Assembly (NCBI GenBank): GCA_965202985.1
Contig: CBDBCF010000001.1
Location: forward strand, 1,248,001 to 1,312,000
Length of the DNA: 64,000 bases
Direction: 5' to 3'
Source of the DNA: Longimicrobiales bacterium
Lineage (GTDB): Bacteria; Gemmatimonadota; Gemmatimonadetes; Longimicrobiales; Gaopeijiaceae
Both the position numbers and the translations under genes were made by a program. The notes under the pieces were generated by a model. That model did no database searches, was not told the origin of the DNA, and was given only the letters and a program-made list of their open reading frames with translations. Shown here piece by piece: positions 32,141 through 40,871 of the stretch. Numbering within the stretch: the stretch's first letter is position 1; each line of letters begins with the position of its first letter.

Positions 32141-34084
32141 TCAGCGCGTTGGAAGATAGCCGGGTCCGCGCACGATCCGTCCGGGCTTCGCTCCCGTGTG
32201 CTCGCCGTTGCGCAACACGTGCACGCCGTTCACGAAGACCTGCTCGACGCCCACCGACAGCTGGTGCGGCTCTTGGTAGGTGGCCCGGTCGCCCACGACC
32301 GCCGGATCGAAGACGACCACATCGGCATACATGCCCCGCCGCAACAGGCCTCGATCCGATATCGACAACCTTGTCGCTACCGCCGAACTCATCTTGCGCA
32401 CGGCGTCTTCCACGGGGATCACGCCTTCGTCGCGCACGTACCTGCCCAGGATGCGCGGATACGTGCCGTAGGAACGCGGATGAACCATGCCGCTCGACCG
32501 TTCCGGATCGTAGCCCGAGGCGTCGGTGCCGATCTTGATCCAGGGCTGCTGCAACTGAAGGCGCACGTTGTCTTCCGACATCATGAAGATCACCATTCCG
32601 GCCGCGCTCCGCGTCATCAGAACCAACTCGATCGCCGCGTCCACCCAGTCCACGCCCATGTCGCTGGCCACCTCCGACAGGCGCATCCCCGCGTACTTGG
32701 CGGCGCCCGTGGGCTCGCCGTCGCGACGCGTCGCAGCCACCGACGTGATCAGGACGCCCTCCGCCGTGGCCAGTGCGCCGAAGTTCTCCCAGTCGCCTTC
32801 GTCGCCCATCACCTCGTCGTGGATGCGCTGCCGCATTGCCGGGTCTTCCAGGTTGCGCAGAAGCCTGCCCCCTTCGGACGCCCAGGGCGGCAACAGCGCG
32901 GCCAGCCCCGTGCCGCCGGCCGTGTAGGGGTACATGTTGGCCTGCACGTCCATCCCCGCGGCCCGCGCCGAATCGATCTTGGCGATCGCATGCGCCGCCT
33001 TGTGGTGGTTGCGGATGCCGGCCGCCTTGAGGTGGTAGATCTCGACGGGCACGCCGCCGCGCACGCCGATCTCGATGGCTTCGTCCATGGCCTCCAACAG
33101 GCGATCCGCCTCGGAGCGCAAGTGCGTGATGTACACGCCGCCGTAGGGCGCGGTCGCCGCCACGACTTCGACGAGCTCGTCCGTGGACGCAAAGGCGGCG
33201 GGCGGATATACCAGGGCGCTGCCCACGCCGAAGGCGCCGTCCTCCATGGCCCAGCGCGCCACCGCTCGCATGGTGTCCAACTCGGCCTCCGTGGCCGGTC
33301 CTGCGGCTTCGCCCTTTGCATAGATGCGAATCGTGGTCGCGCCCACGAACGAACCGAAGTTGGACGACGCGCCGTTGTCCTTCATGGCCCGCAACCAAGC
33401 GTCGAAGCCGCGACGACCGGAGAAGTCGGGCCGGTCGCGGTTTTCCTCGCTGTTGCGGTCGATCCCCAGCGCGCGGTCCGTTTTCTCGTTGGACGGCGCG
33501 TTGGTGGAGCTCTCGCCCATGATCTCGGTGGTGATGCCTTGCGTGATCTTCCCCACTAAGCGCCCGTCGCCGTTCAGAAGCGGCGCCCGCGCGTGCGACA
33601 GAATGTCGATGAACCCGGGCGACACGATCTTGCCCGCGGCGTCGATCCGCGCGCCCGCCTGCACGTCCGCCAGCCCCCCGGCCGGGACGACCGCCGCAAT
33701 CCTGTCGCCCTCGATGCCCAGGTCGCCGTAGAACCAAGCGGCCCCCGTACCGTCCACGATCCGCCCGTTCTCGATGATCACATCCATGGCTGAACGGGAC
33801 GCTTGGGCCGCCGCGTCCGCGCCGCCCAGTCCGCCCGCGCCGTCCGCTGTCGCGACAACGCCGGCCTCCGAAGCACCCGTCGCAACGCCTGCCGCGTGGT
33901 CCGCGTCGCGCACTTCGTCCTCTCTGCCGGCTCCCAGGTCGCCGCATCCGCACAGGACCAGCGCCAGTGCGGCCGCAGCTGTCCTGCTTGCCACTGCCGC
34001 CGACTTGCCCGCTGCCGCCGACCGGCCCGCCCTCGTCGCCCTGCTCGTCGCCGTCGTGCCGCCCGCCGCTGTCACCCTGCCCAT
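32141..34084 (-). CDS. N-acyl-D-amino-acid deacylase (D-aminoacylase), lipoprotein
   Basis: PGFIDILSH, THLRSE, HPRSYGTYPR, ADVVVFDP; LCGC lipobox; start about ATG 34084. Confidence 0.88.
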   Translation of the reverse strand: MGRVTAAGGTTATSRATRAGRSAAAGKSAAVASRTAAAALALVLCGCGDLGAGREDEVRDADHAAGVATGASEAGVVATADGAGGLGGADAAAQASRSAMDVIIENGRIVDGTGAAWFYGDLGIEGDRIAAVVPAGGLADVQAGARIDAAGKIVSPGFIDILSHARAPLLNGDGRLVGKITQGITTEIMGESSTNAPSNEKTDRALGIDRNSEENRDRPDFSGRRGFDAWLRAMKDNGASSNFGSFVGATTIRIYAKGEAAGPATEAELDTMRAVARWAMEDGAFGVGSALVYPPAAFASTDELVEVVAATAPYGGVYITHLRSEADRLLEAMDEAIEIGVRGGVPVEIYHLKAAGIRNHHKAAHAIAKIDSARAAGMDVQANMYPYTAGGTGLAALLPPWASEGGRLLRNLEDPAMRQRIHDEVMGDEGDWENFGALATAEGVLITSVAATRRDGEPTGAAKYAGMRLSEVASDMGVDWVDAAIELVLMTRSAAGMVIFMMSEDNVRLQLQQPWIKIGTDASGYDPERSSGMVHPRSYGTYPRILGRYVRDEGVIPVEDAVRKMSSAVATRLSISDRGLLRRGMYADVVVFDPAVVGDRATYQEPHQLSVGVEQVFVNGVHVLRNGEHTGAKPGRIVRGPGYLPTR

Positions 34085-35307
34085 ATCTCCCCCAGTACGC
34101 GTTGGAAGTTGCCCCCCAAGATGCCTTGAATGTGATTGTCGGAGTACCCGCGCCGGATCAACGCCTCCGTCAAGTCGAACATGCGCTTGGGATGGTCCAC
34201 GCCCTCGATGTCGATCTTGTCGCGAAAGGCGTAGGAGTCCTTGTAGTTCGCCTTGAGCGCCTCGTATTCGTCCTTGGGCATGTCGTCGTAGCCGTGCAGG
34301 TCCACGTCGCTGCCCACGCCCAGGTGCTCGACGCCCACCAAGTCTCGCACGTGGTCGAAGTGATCGATGTAGTCCTCGATCGTGGTGGGCTCCCTGTCCT
34401 TGACGAACATGCGCACGCCCGTGATTCCCATCACGCCGCCCGTGGCCGCCACGGCCCGAATGGCTTCGTCGGTCTTGGTGCGCGGGTGGCCCCCCGACAA
34501 GACGCGACTGTTCGAGTGCGTGAGCAACACCGGCTGAGACGAGAGCTCGCAGGCGTCCAGCGTGGTCCGATCGCCGCAGTGGGACACGTCCACGGCCATG
34601 CCGACATCGTTCATCCGCGCCACGATCGCCGCGCCGAAGTCCGAGATGCCGCCGTCGATCCGCTCCGTGGCCCCGTTGCCGATCAAGTTGCGCGAGTTGT
34701 ACGTCAGCTGCGACACGCGCTGGCCCAGGCCGTGAAAGAGGTCCACGTCGTCGGGCGTTTGGAAGTGCGACGAGGTCTGCGTGCCGATCAGGATGCCCGC
34801 GCGCCCCGAGCCGTGAACGGCCGCCAAGTCCTCCGCCGAGTCGATGCGCACGAACAGCTCCGGCCGCTCCGCAACCAGCGCGTTGTACCCCGCCACGAAG
34901 ACGAGCGTGTTGCGGTAGTGCTCGGCGAAGTCGCGCCCGCCGACCCCGACCGCGATGTGAAACACGTCGATCTCCGAGTCGCGGAAGTCCTGTTCCTCGG
35001 CGGCGGTCATGCCCATCAGGCCCGGACCCCACCTCTGCCGCACGGACGGGGAAATGACCAGCGGCGACAGCATGTCGATCACCAGCGATCCCTGCACCAG
35101 GTCGATGCAGCGCGCCGAGTACTCCTGCGTGCTCCATCCGAACAGCCGGTACCGGCCCCGGTTCAGGAACGGAGCGCCCAAGGCGGCGGCCGGCGTTGCG
35201 ATCGCCACGGCCAGCGAGCCGGCGGCGACTTTGAGGACAGCCCGGCGGGACGGTGCGGAGCGTTCGTGAGCCATGCGGCGAGAGGGCCCGGAGCGTTCGC
35301 GAGTCAT
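34072..35307 (-). CDS. Membrane dipeptidase (peptidase M19), Tat-exported
   Basis: SRRAVLK; QLTYN, VDVSH, THSN, GVGSD. Confidence 0.9.
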   Translation of the reverse strand: MTRERSGPSRRMAHERSAPSRRAVLKVAAGSLAVAIATPAAALGAPFLNRGRYRLFGWSTQEYSARCIDLVQGSLVIDMLSPLVISPSVRQRWGPGLMGMTAAEEQDFRDSEIDVFHIAVGVGGRDFAEHYRNTLVFVAGYNALVAERPELFVRIDSAEDLAAVHGSGRAGILIGTQTSSHFQTPDDVDLFHGLGQRVSQLTYNSRNLIGNGATERIDGGISDFGAAIVARMNDVGMAVDVSHCGDRTTLDACELSSQPVLLTHSNSRVLSGGHPRTKTDEAIRAVAATGGVMGITGVRMFVKDREPTTIEDYIDHFDHVRDLVGVEHLGVGSDVDLHGYDDMPKDEYEALKANYKDSYAFRDKIDIEGVDHPKRMFDLTEALIRRGYSDNHIQGILGGNFQRVLGEIWAG

Positions 35308-37511
35308 GTTCTGGGCGCCTCCTCCGCGTCATACTTGGCGAACCAGCCCAGGATGTACATGATCTTCTGCATGAAGTGGCTGGGGCGAACGCGGATGCCG
35401 TGGGGCTCGCCCGGCACCTTGACCAGCGTCGCTTCGACGCCGCGCAGCTTGAGGGCTTGGTAGTACTGGTCGGACTCCGACATCGGCGTGCGATAGTCCT
35501 CTACGCCGGTCATGACCATCGTGGGCGTGGTCACGGCGCCCACCAGCGAGATCGGCGAGCGCGACATGTAGTGGTCCGGGTCCTCCCACGGCATCGCCCG
35601 AAACCAGTACTTGGCGACCGTGATGGGAATGTCCGACGACACCGCGAAGCTGTACCAGTTGATCACCGGGTACAGAACGGCAGCAGCCTTGTAGCGATCG
35701 GTCTTGCCGATCGTCCACGAAGACAGGACGCCGCCCCCGCTGCCGCCGGTGATGAACAGCCGGTCGGGGTCCACGTAGCCCTGCGCCAGCACCGCGTCCA
35801 CGCCCGAGTCCAGGTCGTAGTAGTCGTTCTCGGGGTAGACGTGATGGATCAAGTTGCCGAACTCTTCGCCGTAGGACGTGCTGCCGCGCGGATTCGTGTA
35901 CAGCACGACGTAGCCTTCCGACGCCATCGCTTGCTTCTCCACGTCGAACCGGTCGCCGTAGTTGGCGAAGGGACCGCCGTGAATCTCGAGGATCAGCGGA
36001 TATCGGCGCGACGGATCGAAGTCCGGCGGCTTGATGATCCAGCCTTGAATCTCGCGGCCGTCGTGCGACGAGGGCCAACGAATCTCCTCCACCGCGCCCA
36101 GAGTCTTGTGCGCCAGCACGTCTTCGTTGACGGCCGTCAGCAGGCGGGGCTGTCCCGGGCCCGCGCCGTTGTTCGCGTCGCCGCCTACGGCCAGCTCGCT
36201 CAAGACCGACGGCGTGGAGTACGTGTACGCGAACACGCCGCCAGGCCCGACCGAAAAGCTGCCGCCTCCATACGCCGAGCCGGTGCCGCCCATGTTGTGC
36301 GCCACGACGTGCACGGCGTCGCCGCCGCGCCCCGGTTCCACGTAGGCCACCTTGGTGTTGCCGTGGTCCGCATAGCTGAAGTACAGGCGCCCCGAGTCCG
36401 GCGACCATGCCAGTCCCCCGACGCTCCGATCCAGCTGCGCGGCCACGGCGCGCGCCCCGGACCCGTCGCGGTTCGCCACCCACAGGCCGGTCACCTGATA
36501 GCCTTGGTAGCGGTCGTCGAAGCCCGCGTAGGCGATCCAGCGCCCGTCGGGAGAGGCGGCGACGCCTCCGTCCGGCCCCTTTCGGCTGGTGAGCGCCCGG
36601 ATGCCGCCGTCCAGCGACACCTCGTAGACCTCGGTGTTGCGGTTCTCCAGCTCCCAGTCCGGGTGGCGGTTCGCACTGATCAACACCGACCGGCCGTCCG
36701 CCGACCACGCCGGCCGTCCGCTACCCGCGCGCCCCACGTAGCCGCCGTGGTGGAAGTCCCCGCTCGTGATCTGGCGCGGCGTTCCGCCCGTCGAGGGCGC
36801 CACGAACAAGTGCGTGTACCCGTGCTCCAAGTCGCCGGTGCCGTCGAAGCGATGCACAAGTCGGTCGATCACTCGGGCGGGCTCGGCCCACTGGGCGCCC
36901 TCGGGCGGGCTGGGCATCGAGATCAGCTGCGGCCCGGCGGACGGGACGAACGCGGCGAAGACGATCTGCGATCCGTCGGGCGACCACGCCGGCACGCGGG
37001 GACCGTGGGTCGAGTTGGTGATGCGGGTCGTCTGGCCGCTGTCGGTCCAGCGCACGTGAAGCTGCGGCGGCCCGTCGGATGCGCCCGCGTCCGACAGGTA
37101 GAGCAGCCGTTCGCCGTCGGGGGACCAGCGAGGCCAGCTGTCGCGCCGCTTGCCCGTGGTCAGAGGCCGAGGCTCCCCGCCGGTTGCGCGAACCAGCCAC
37201 AGGTTGGAGTAGCGCCGGTCCGTGTTCACGTCCGACCACCCGCGGACGAACACGATCTGCGATCCGTCGGGCGAGAGCTGCGGGTCGCTGACGTACTCCA
37301 GGTCGAAGACGTCGTGCGCGGTGAGGAGGTCGCGGGCGGGCGGGGCGTCGGTGGCGGCCTGCGGGGCTTGCCGGGCGGTCGCGGATGGAGTCGCGGACAG
37401 GCCGGAGATCGGGCCGAGCGCGGCGACGGGGGCCAAGGCGGCGAACGCCGCGGCGAGTGCGATTGCAAGCACGGCGGCTCGCGGGGATCGGGCGGGTGTC
37501 CTGGTCTTCAT
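35304..37511 (-). CDS. S9 family peptidase with WD40/PD40 propeller
   Basis: WSPDG repeats; IHGGP, GGSGGG nucleophile, DYR, EPHG; start ATG 37511. Confidence 0.92.
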   Translation of the reverse strand: MKTRTPARSPRAAVLAIALAAAFAALAPVAALGPISGLSATPSATARQAPQAATDAPPARDLLTAHDVFDLEYVSDPQLSPDGSQIVFVRGWSDVNTDRRYSNLWLVRATGGEPRPLTTGKRRDSWPRWSPDGERLLYLSDAGASDGPPQLHVRWTDSGQTTRITNSTHGPRVPAWSPDGSQIVFAAFVPSAGPQLISMPSPPEGAQWAEPARVIDRLVHRFDGTGDLEHGYTHLFVAPSTGGTPRQITSGDFHHGGYVGRAGSGRPAWSADGRSVLISANRHPDWELENRNTEVYEVSLDGGIRALTSRKGPDGGVAASPDGRWIAYAGFDDRYQGYQVTGLWVANRDGSGARAVAAQLDRSVGGLAWSPDSGRLYFSYADHGNTKVAYVEPGRGGDAVHVVAHNMGGTGSAYGGGSFSVGPGGVFAYTYSTPSVLSELAVGGDANNGAGPGQPRLLTAVNEDVLAHKTLGAVEEIRWPSSHDGREIQGWIIKPPDFDPSRRYPLILEIHGGPFANYGDRFDVEKQAMASEGYVVLYTNPRGSTSYGEEFGNLIHHVYPENDYYDLDSGVDAVLAQGYVDPDRLFITGGSGGGVLSSWTIGKTDRYKAAAVLYPVINWYSFAVSSDIPITVAKYWFRAMPWEDPDHYMSRSPISLVGAVTTPTMVMTGVEDYRTPMSESDQYYQALKLRGVEATLVKVPGEPHGIRVRPSHFMQKIMYILGWFAKYDAEEAPRT

Positions 37512-38326
37512 CTCGACGATTGCTCCTGCATGGGGGACGATGCGCATTGGACGGCTGTTGGACTGGGGGCAACAATGTACTTCGACTGCTCGGCGCCGGG
37601 AACGAAGCCGACGACCTCGTGGCCGCTGGACAGAAGGCGCACAAACGCTCGGCGCGTAGATGCACGCCAGCCCCGGGCCTCTTCGACCGAACCGCGTTCG
37701 ACGGCCTCGATGTCGGCTGGAATCGGTACTTCGACCGCATCCGGCGGCGGCGGCGTAGGGACGGGCGCGTGGCCGGCTTCCTCTCGCAGCGTCCATTCGA
37801 CCACGAATCGGTCGGTGCCCAGCTGGTGCAGTTCGCTGTTCGACGCCCCGTACATGTCGGGAACGTACTCGGCGACCCGAGCGCCCAGCCGGTTCAGGTT
37901 CAAGTGAGCGTTGCGCGAGACCAGCGGGTCGAACGTCCAGTACATGGTCTCGACGCCCAGCGCCAAGAGCATCTCCTTCTGCCGCATCTTGAGCCGCCGC
38001 CCGACGCCCAAGTTTCGCGCCTCGGGCCGCACCGCCAGCATGTGCGACCAGTGCGCCGGCCTCCCGTGCCGAAACCCCGAAATGCCGTACACCAGGCCCA
38101 CCAACCCGCCCTCCCCGTTGAAGGCGCCCACCGCGACGCCCCCCATCTTCGCCGTAATCTGCAACATGCTCGCCGGCACCACCTCCGAGAACGCCTCTCC
38201 CCAGGTCCTGCGCTGGAGCTCGACGCATGCGTCCATGTCGGCCCGGCTCTCGACGGGCCGAATCGTGATCTCGGGGGCGGGCGTTGCGCCGCGAGTGGGC
38301 CGGATCGTTGAGCTGGACTCGGTCAT
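37508..38326 (-). CDS. GNAT acyltransferase (D-amino-acid N-succinyltransferase-like)
   Basis: SHMLAV..R..GVG..LK, WTFDPL..RNA.LN..LGA, DMYG, TDRF. Confidence 0.8.
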   Translation of the reverse strand: MTESSSTIRPTRGATPAPEITIRPVESRADMDACVELQRRTWGEAFSEVVPASMLQITAKMGGVAVGAFNGEGGLVGLVYGISGFRHGRPAHWSHMLAVRPEARNLGVGRRLKMRQKEMLLALGVETMYWTFDPLVSRNAHLNLNRLGARVAEYVPDMYGASNSELHQLGTDRFVVEWTLREEAGHAPVPTPPPPDAVEVPIPADIEAVERGSVEEARGWRASTRRAFVRLLSSGHEVVGFVPGAEQSKYIVAPSPTAVQCASSPMQEQSSR

Positions 38327-38336
38327 GAAGTCGATC

Positions 38337-40871
38337 CTACGGCGCGGGACGCTGCTCGGCAAGTCGGGCCTGCTGCGGTGCTGTGAGATCTGCCGCCAAG
38401 CGCTCGATTTCCTGCAAGATGTCGTCTGCCACCTCCATTACCTCCACTGGGGCACGCACCGACTGTCCGGCACGTCTCCGTAACGCGACTATCAAAGGCC
38501 GCAGCGCCTGCGATTTGTCTCGGTCGGTATCCAACTCGTCCGCGAGAACACCCGGCGAAACGCCGGCAGCGACGAGGCCAACTGCCAACCTATGCAGGTC
38601 TGACAGCGCCGGCTCCTGATCAGATTCGAGCATCGCGTACAGCGCCCTGAACCCTTCGCGTCCGTGGTCGTCCATTCTGGCGTCGTAGTAGGTGAGCGTT
38701 CTTCCCCAGCTGGCTTGCCACCGCCAAGTCAATCCGTTGTCGTCCACGATGTCGCCGAATCGATTATCCAGGTCGCGATAGGACTCAAGAGCGTCATCCA
38801 TTCGCCCAAGTCTGCGCTGGGCCGAGCCTTTCACAAAGAGCGCGTATGCAACGCGCTTTCGCACATCGTCTTTGTCGTTGTCTTCAACATACGCTGCTGC
38901 TTCGTCGCATGTCGCTATGGCCTCTTTCGCGAGACCGCGCGTCATCTGAAGCGCCCCGATTTTGCTGTAGGCCGTTGCTACGTGTGGGCGTACCAGCGGA
39001 TCAACGGAACCGCGGAATCGGTCGACCAGTCCTCGCCAAGTCTTGAGGCTCGACTTCCATCTATCGTGATTCATGGCTTGCAATGTGCCTTTGTGAAGCA
39101 TCGCTTCCGCTACATGCTTGGCCAGAAAAGGCCGTTCGTCGCAACCATAGCGTCTGACTATGTCCTCAAACGACTCACGCGCTTCGACGCGACATCGGCC
39201 TAGTCGCACATGCAGGCCTGCTCGGTTGATAATCGCCGCCAGGACGACATCGAGCATTTCTGGATCACATTCGTACGTGGCAACAACCTCATCGTATATA
39301 GCGATTGCTTCCTTAGTATTGTTCAGTTTTTGCATGGCCGGTCCTTTGTTGAACAAAGCGATTGCTACCGCATCTCGTGCCTCTGGAGCAGCTTCCTTAG
39401 CGAAGGAATCGATGATGTCCTGATATACTTTCATCGCGGTCTTGTACCTGCCTAGATGATGGAGCGCCACTCCCTTCCTCAGCATTAGACGGGCCTTCTG
39501 GGGAAGTCCGATATTCCCATCATGTATTCCCCGGTCACAGGCGGCAACAGCGGCTTTGGGCGCAGATTTCAGAATGGCAGGATCACCTAGCACTGCACGG
39601 ATCATGCCTTCGCGAATCATTGGGTCGTGCCCGATTTCGGCGACCAACTTGGCAATCATGTCGGAGCGATGCGCCGTGCTGTAAAAGATTGCCATGAACC
39701 GGATCAACATCTGTACCACGGCAGCCTTGTCGCGCTTGCGGCGGATCTTGTAGTACAAGCAGTAGAGACGCTCCGCGGCCGCATACCGTCTCTTCCTGTT
39801 TCCACCTGTTGCCACTAGCGCCCCTCGTTCCACAAGGCGTCCGAGCATCGAAGACGCAAGCCGGACGTCCATGCGCGCCCGAGCTGCGATCTCCGACGTG
39901 CTGGAGGGTTGCCAAAGACTGATTGCGGCAACGTAGACGCGGCGCTCCGTCTTCGGAAGCCCTTCAAGGTGGTTGCGAAAGTACTCGGTGTGGTCGTCTA
40001 CAAGAGCCACCAGGCGTTCCATCAACCAACGAACGGACTGGTGTCGTCCAAGCTCCGCGACGATCGTCAACAGTCGGGGGCTCCCGCCGGTCAGAATCTC
40101 TAGGGGTCGCATGTCGCGACGTTCAACCGGCTCGCCGGAAACGACCTCCCACAGGCGCTTGCAGGCGTCGGTATCAAGCGGGTCCAAGCCAATCGTCATG
40201 AAGAGTTCGAAGAACGGTTCTCTTGCGTCGTCCAGCGCCTTGAAGCGACTCGTGGCCGTCGCCAGCAGCATGACGGCGGGCTCCATTTGGAGAGACTCGC
40301 GGAGTTGCCAGCCAAAGTCCGCGTCAACGTCGTCGCAAAGGTCCTGAAGGTTCTCGACCATGAGGACGAGCTGCTTGCCGAGCTGGTCCGCCGCCGTCAA
40401 CACGGTGGCCCGAACTCGGTCGGCATAATCTCGGTCTCGCCAAGCGCTCGACAGATCCGCATGCGCGGCTTCCAGTTCGTTGGCGAGATCGGGCGCGGTA
40501 GAGGCACACTCCTTGGCGAGGTAGAACAAAGTTTCGAGCCAGAAGTCGCCTATGCACGAGACTTCGTGACTTTCCTCCATGAAGCGAACGGGCATTAGGC
40601 GTTCCGAGTAGGCGGCGTGGGCACGCAGTTCCGCAGCCACTCTGGCCAGGAGCATGGTTTTCCCCCGGCCGCGCGGTGCTACTACAAGGAGATGCTGGCA
40701 AGCAGGCGCCCCGATGTTTTCGCGCAACACCTCCAACACAGCCTGCAGTTCGTGTTGTCGCACGACGAACTGACGGACCAGGTCGTCGTCAGACTGAAAC
40801 ACGCCCGGATTGAACTTCCGGACCACGGAGTCGGACGATGATTCCAGTTTAGAAGCCAATTCTCTGCTCAT
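38337..40871 (-). CDS. STAND-like P-loop ATPase + winged helix + TPR-like repeats
   Basis: APRGRGKT Walker A, LMVENL Walker B-like, TGGSPR GxP, HTH-like SEIAARARM..LGRLVERG, repeated A.ALFNKG/AMLHKG/ALFVKG helices. Confidence 0.82.
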   Translation of the reverse strand: MSRELASKLESSSDSVVRKFNPGVFQSDDDLVRQFVVRQHELQAVLEVLRENIGAPACQHLLVVAPRGRGKTMLLARVAAELRAHAAYSERLMPVRFMEESHEVSCIGDFWLETLFYLAKECASTAPDLANELEAAHADLSSAWRDRDYADRVRATVLTAADQLGKQLVLMVENLQDLCDDVDADFGWQLRESLQMEPAVMLLATATSRFKALDDAREPFFELFMTIGLDPLDTDACKRLWEVVSGEPVERRDMRPLEILTGGSPRLLTIVAELGRHQSVRWLMERLVALVDDHTEYFRNHLEGLPKTERRVYVAAISLWQPSSTSEIAARARMDVRLASSMLGRLVERGALVATGGNRKRRYAAAERLYCLYYKIRRKRDKAAVVQMLIRFMAIFYSTAHRSDMIAKLVAEIGHDPMIREGMIRAVLGDPAILKSAPKAAVAACDRGIHDGNIGLPQKARLMLRKGVALHHLGRYKTAMKVYQDIIDSFAKEAAPEARDAVAIALFNKGPAMQKLNNTKEAIAIYDEVVATYECDPEMLDVVLAAIINRAGLHVRLGRCRVEARESFEDIVRRYGCDERPFLAKHVAEAMLHKGTLQAMNHDRWKSSLKTWRGLVDRFRGSVDPLVRPHVATAYSKIGALQMTRGLAKEAIATCDEAAAYVEDNDKDDVRKRVAYALFVKGSAQRRLGRMDDALESYRDLDNRFGDIVDDNGLTWRWQASWGRTLTYYDARMDDHGREGFRALYAMLESDQEPALSDLHRLAVGLVAAGVSPGVLADELDTDRDKSQALRPLIVALRRRAGQSVRAPVEVMEVADDILQEIERLAADLTAPQQARLAEQRPAP

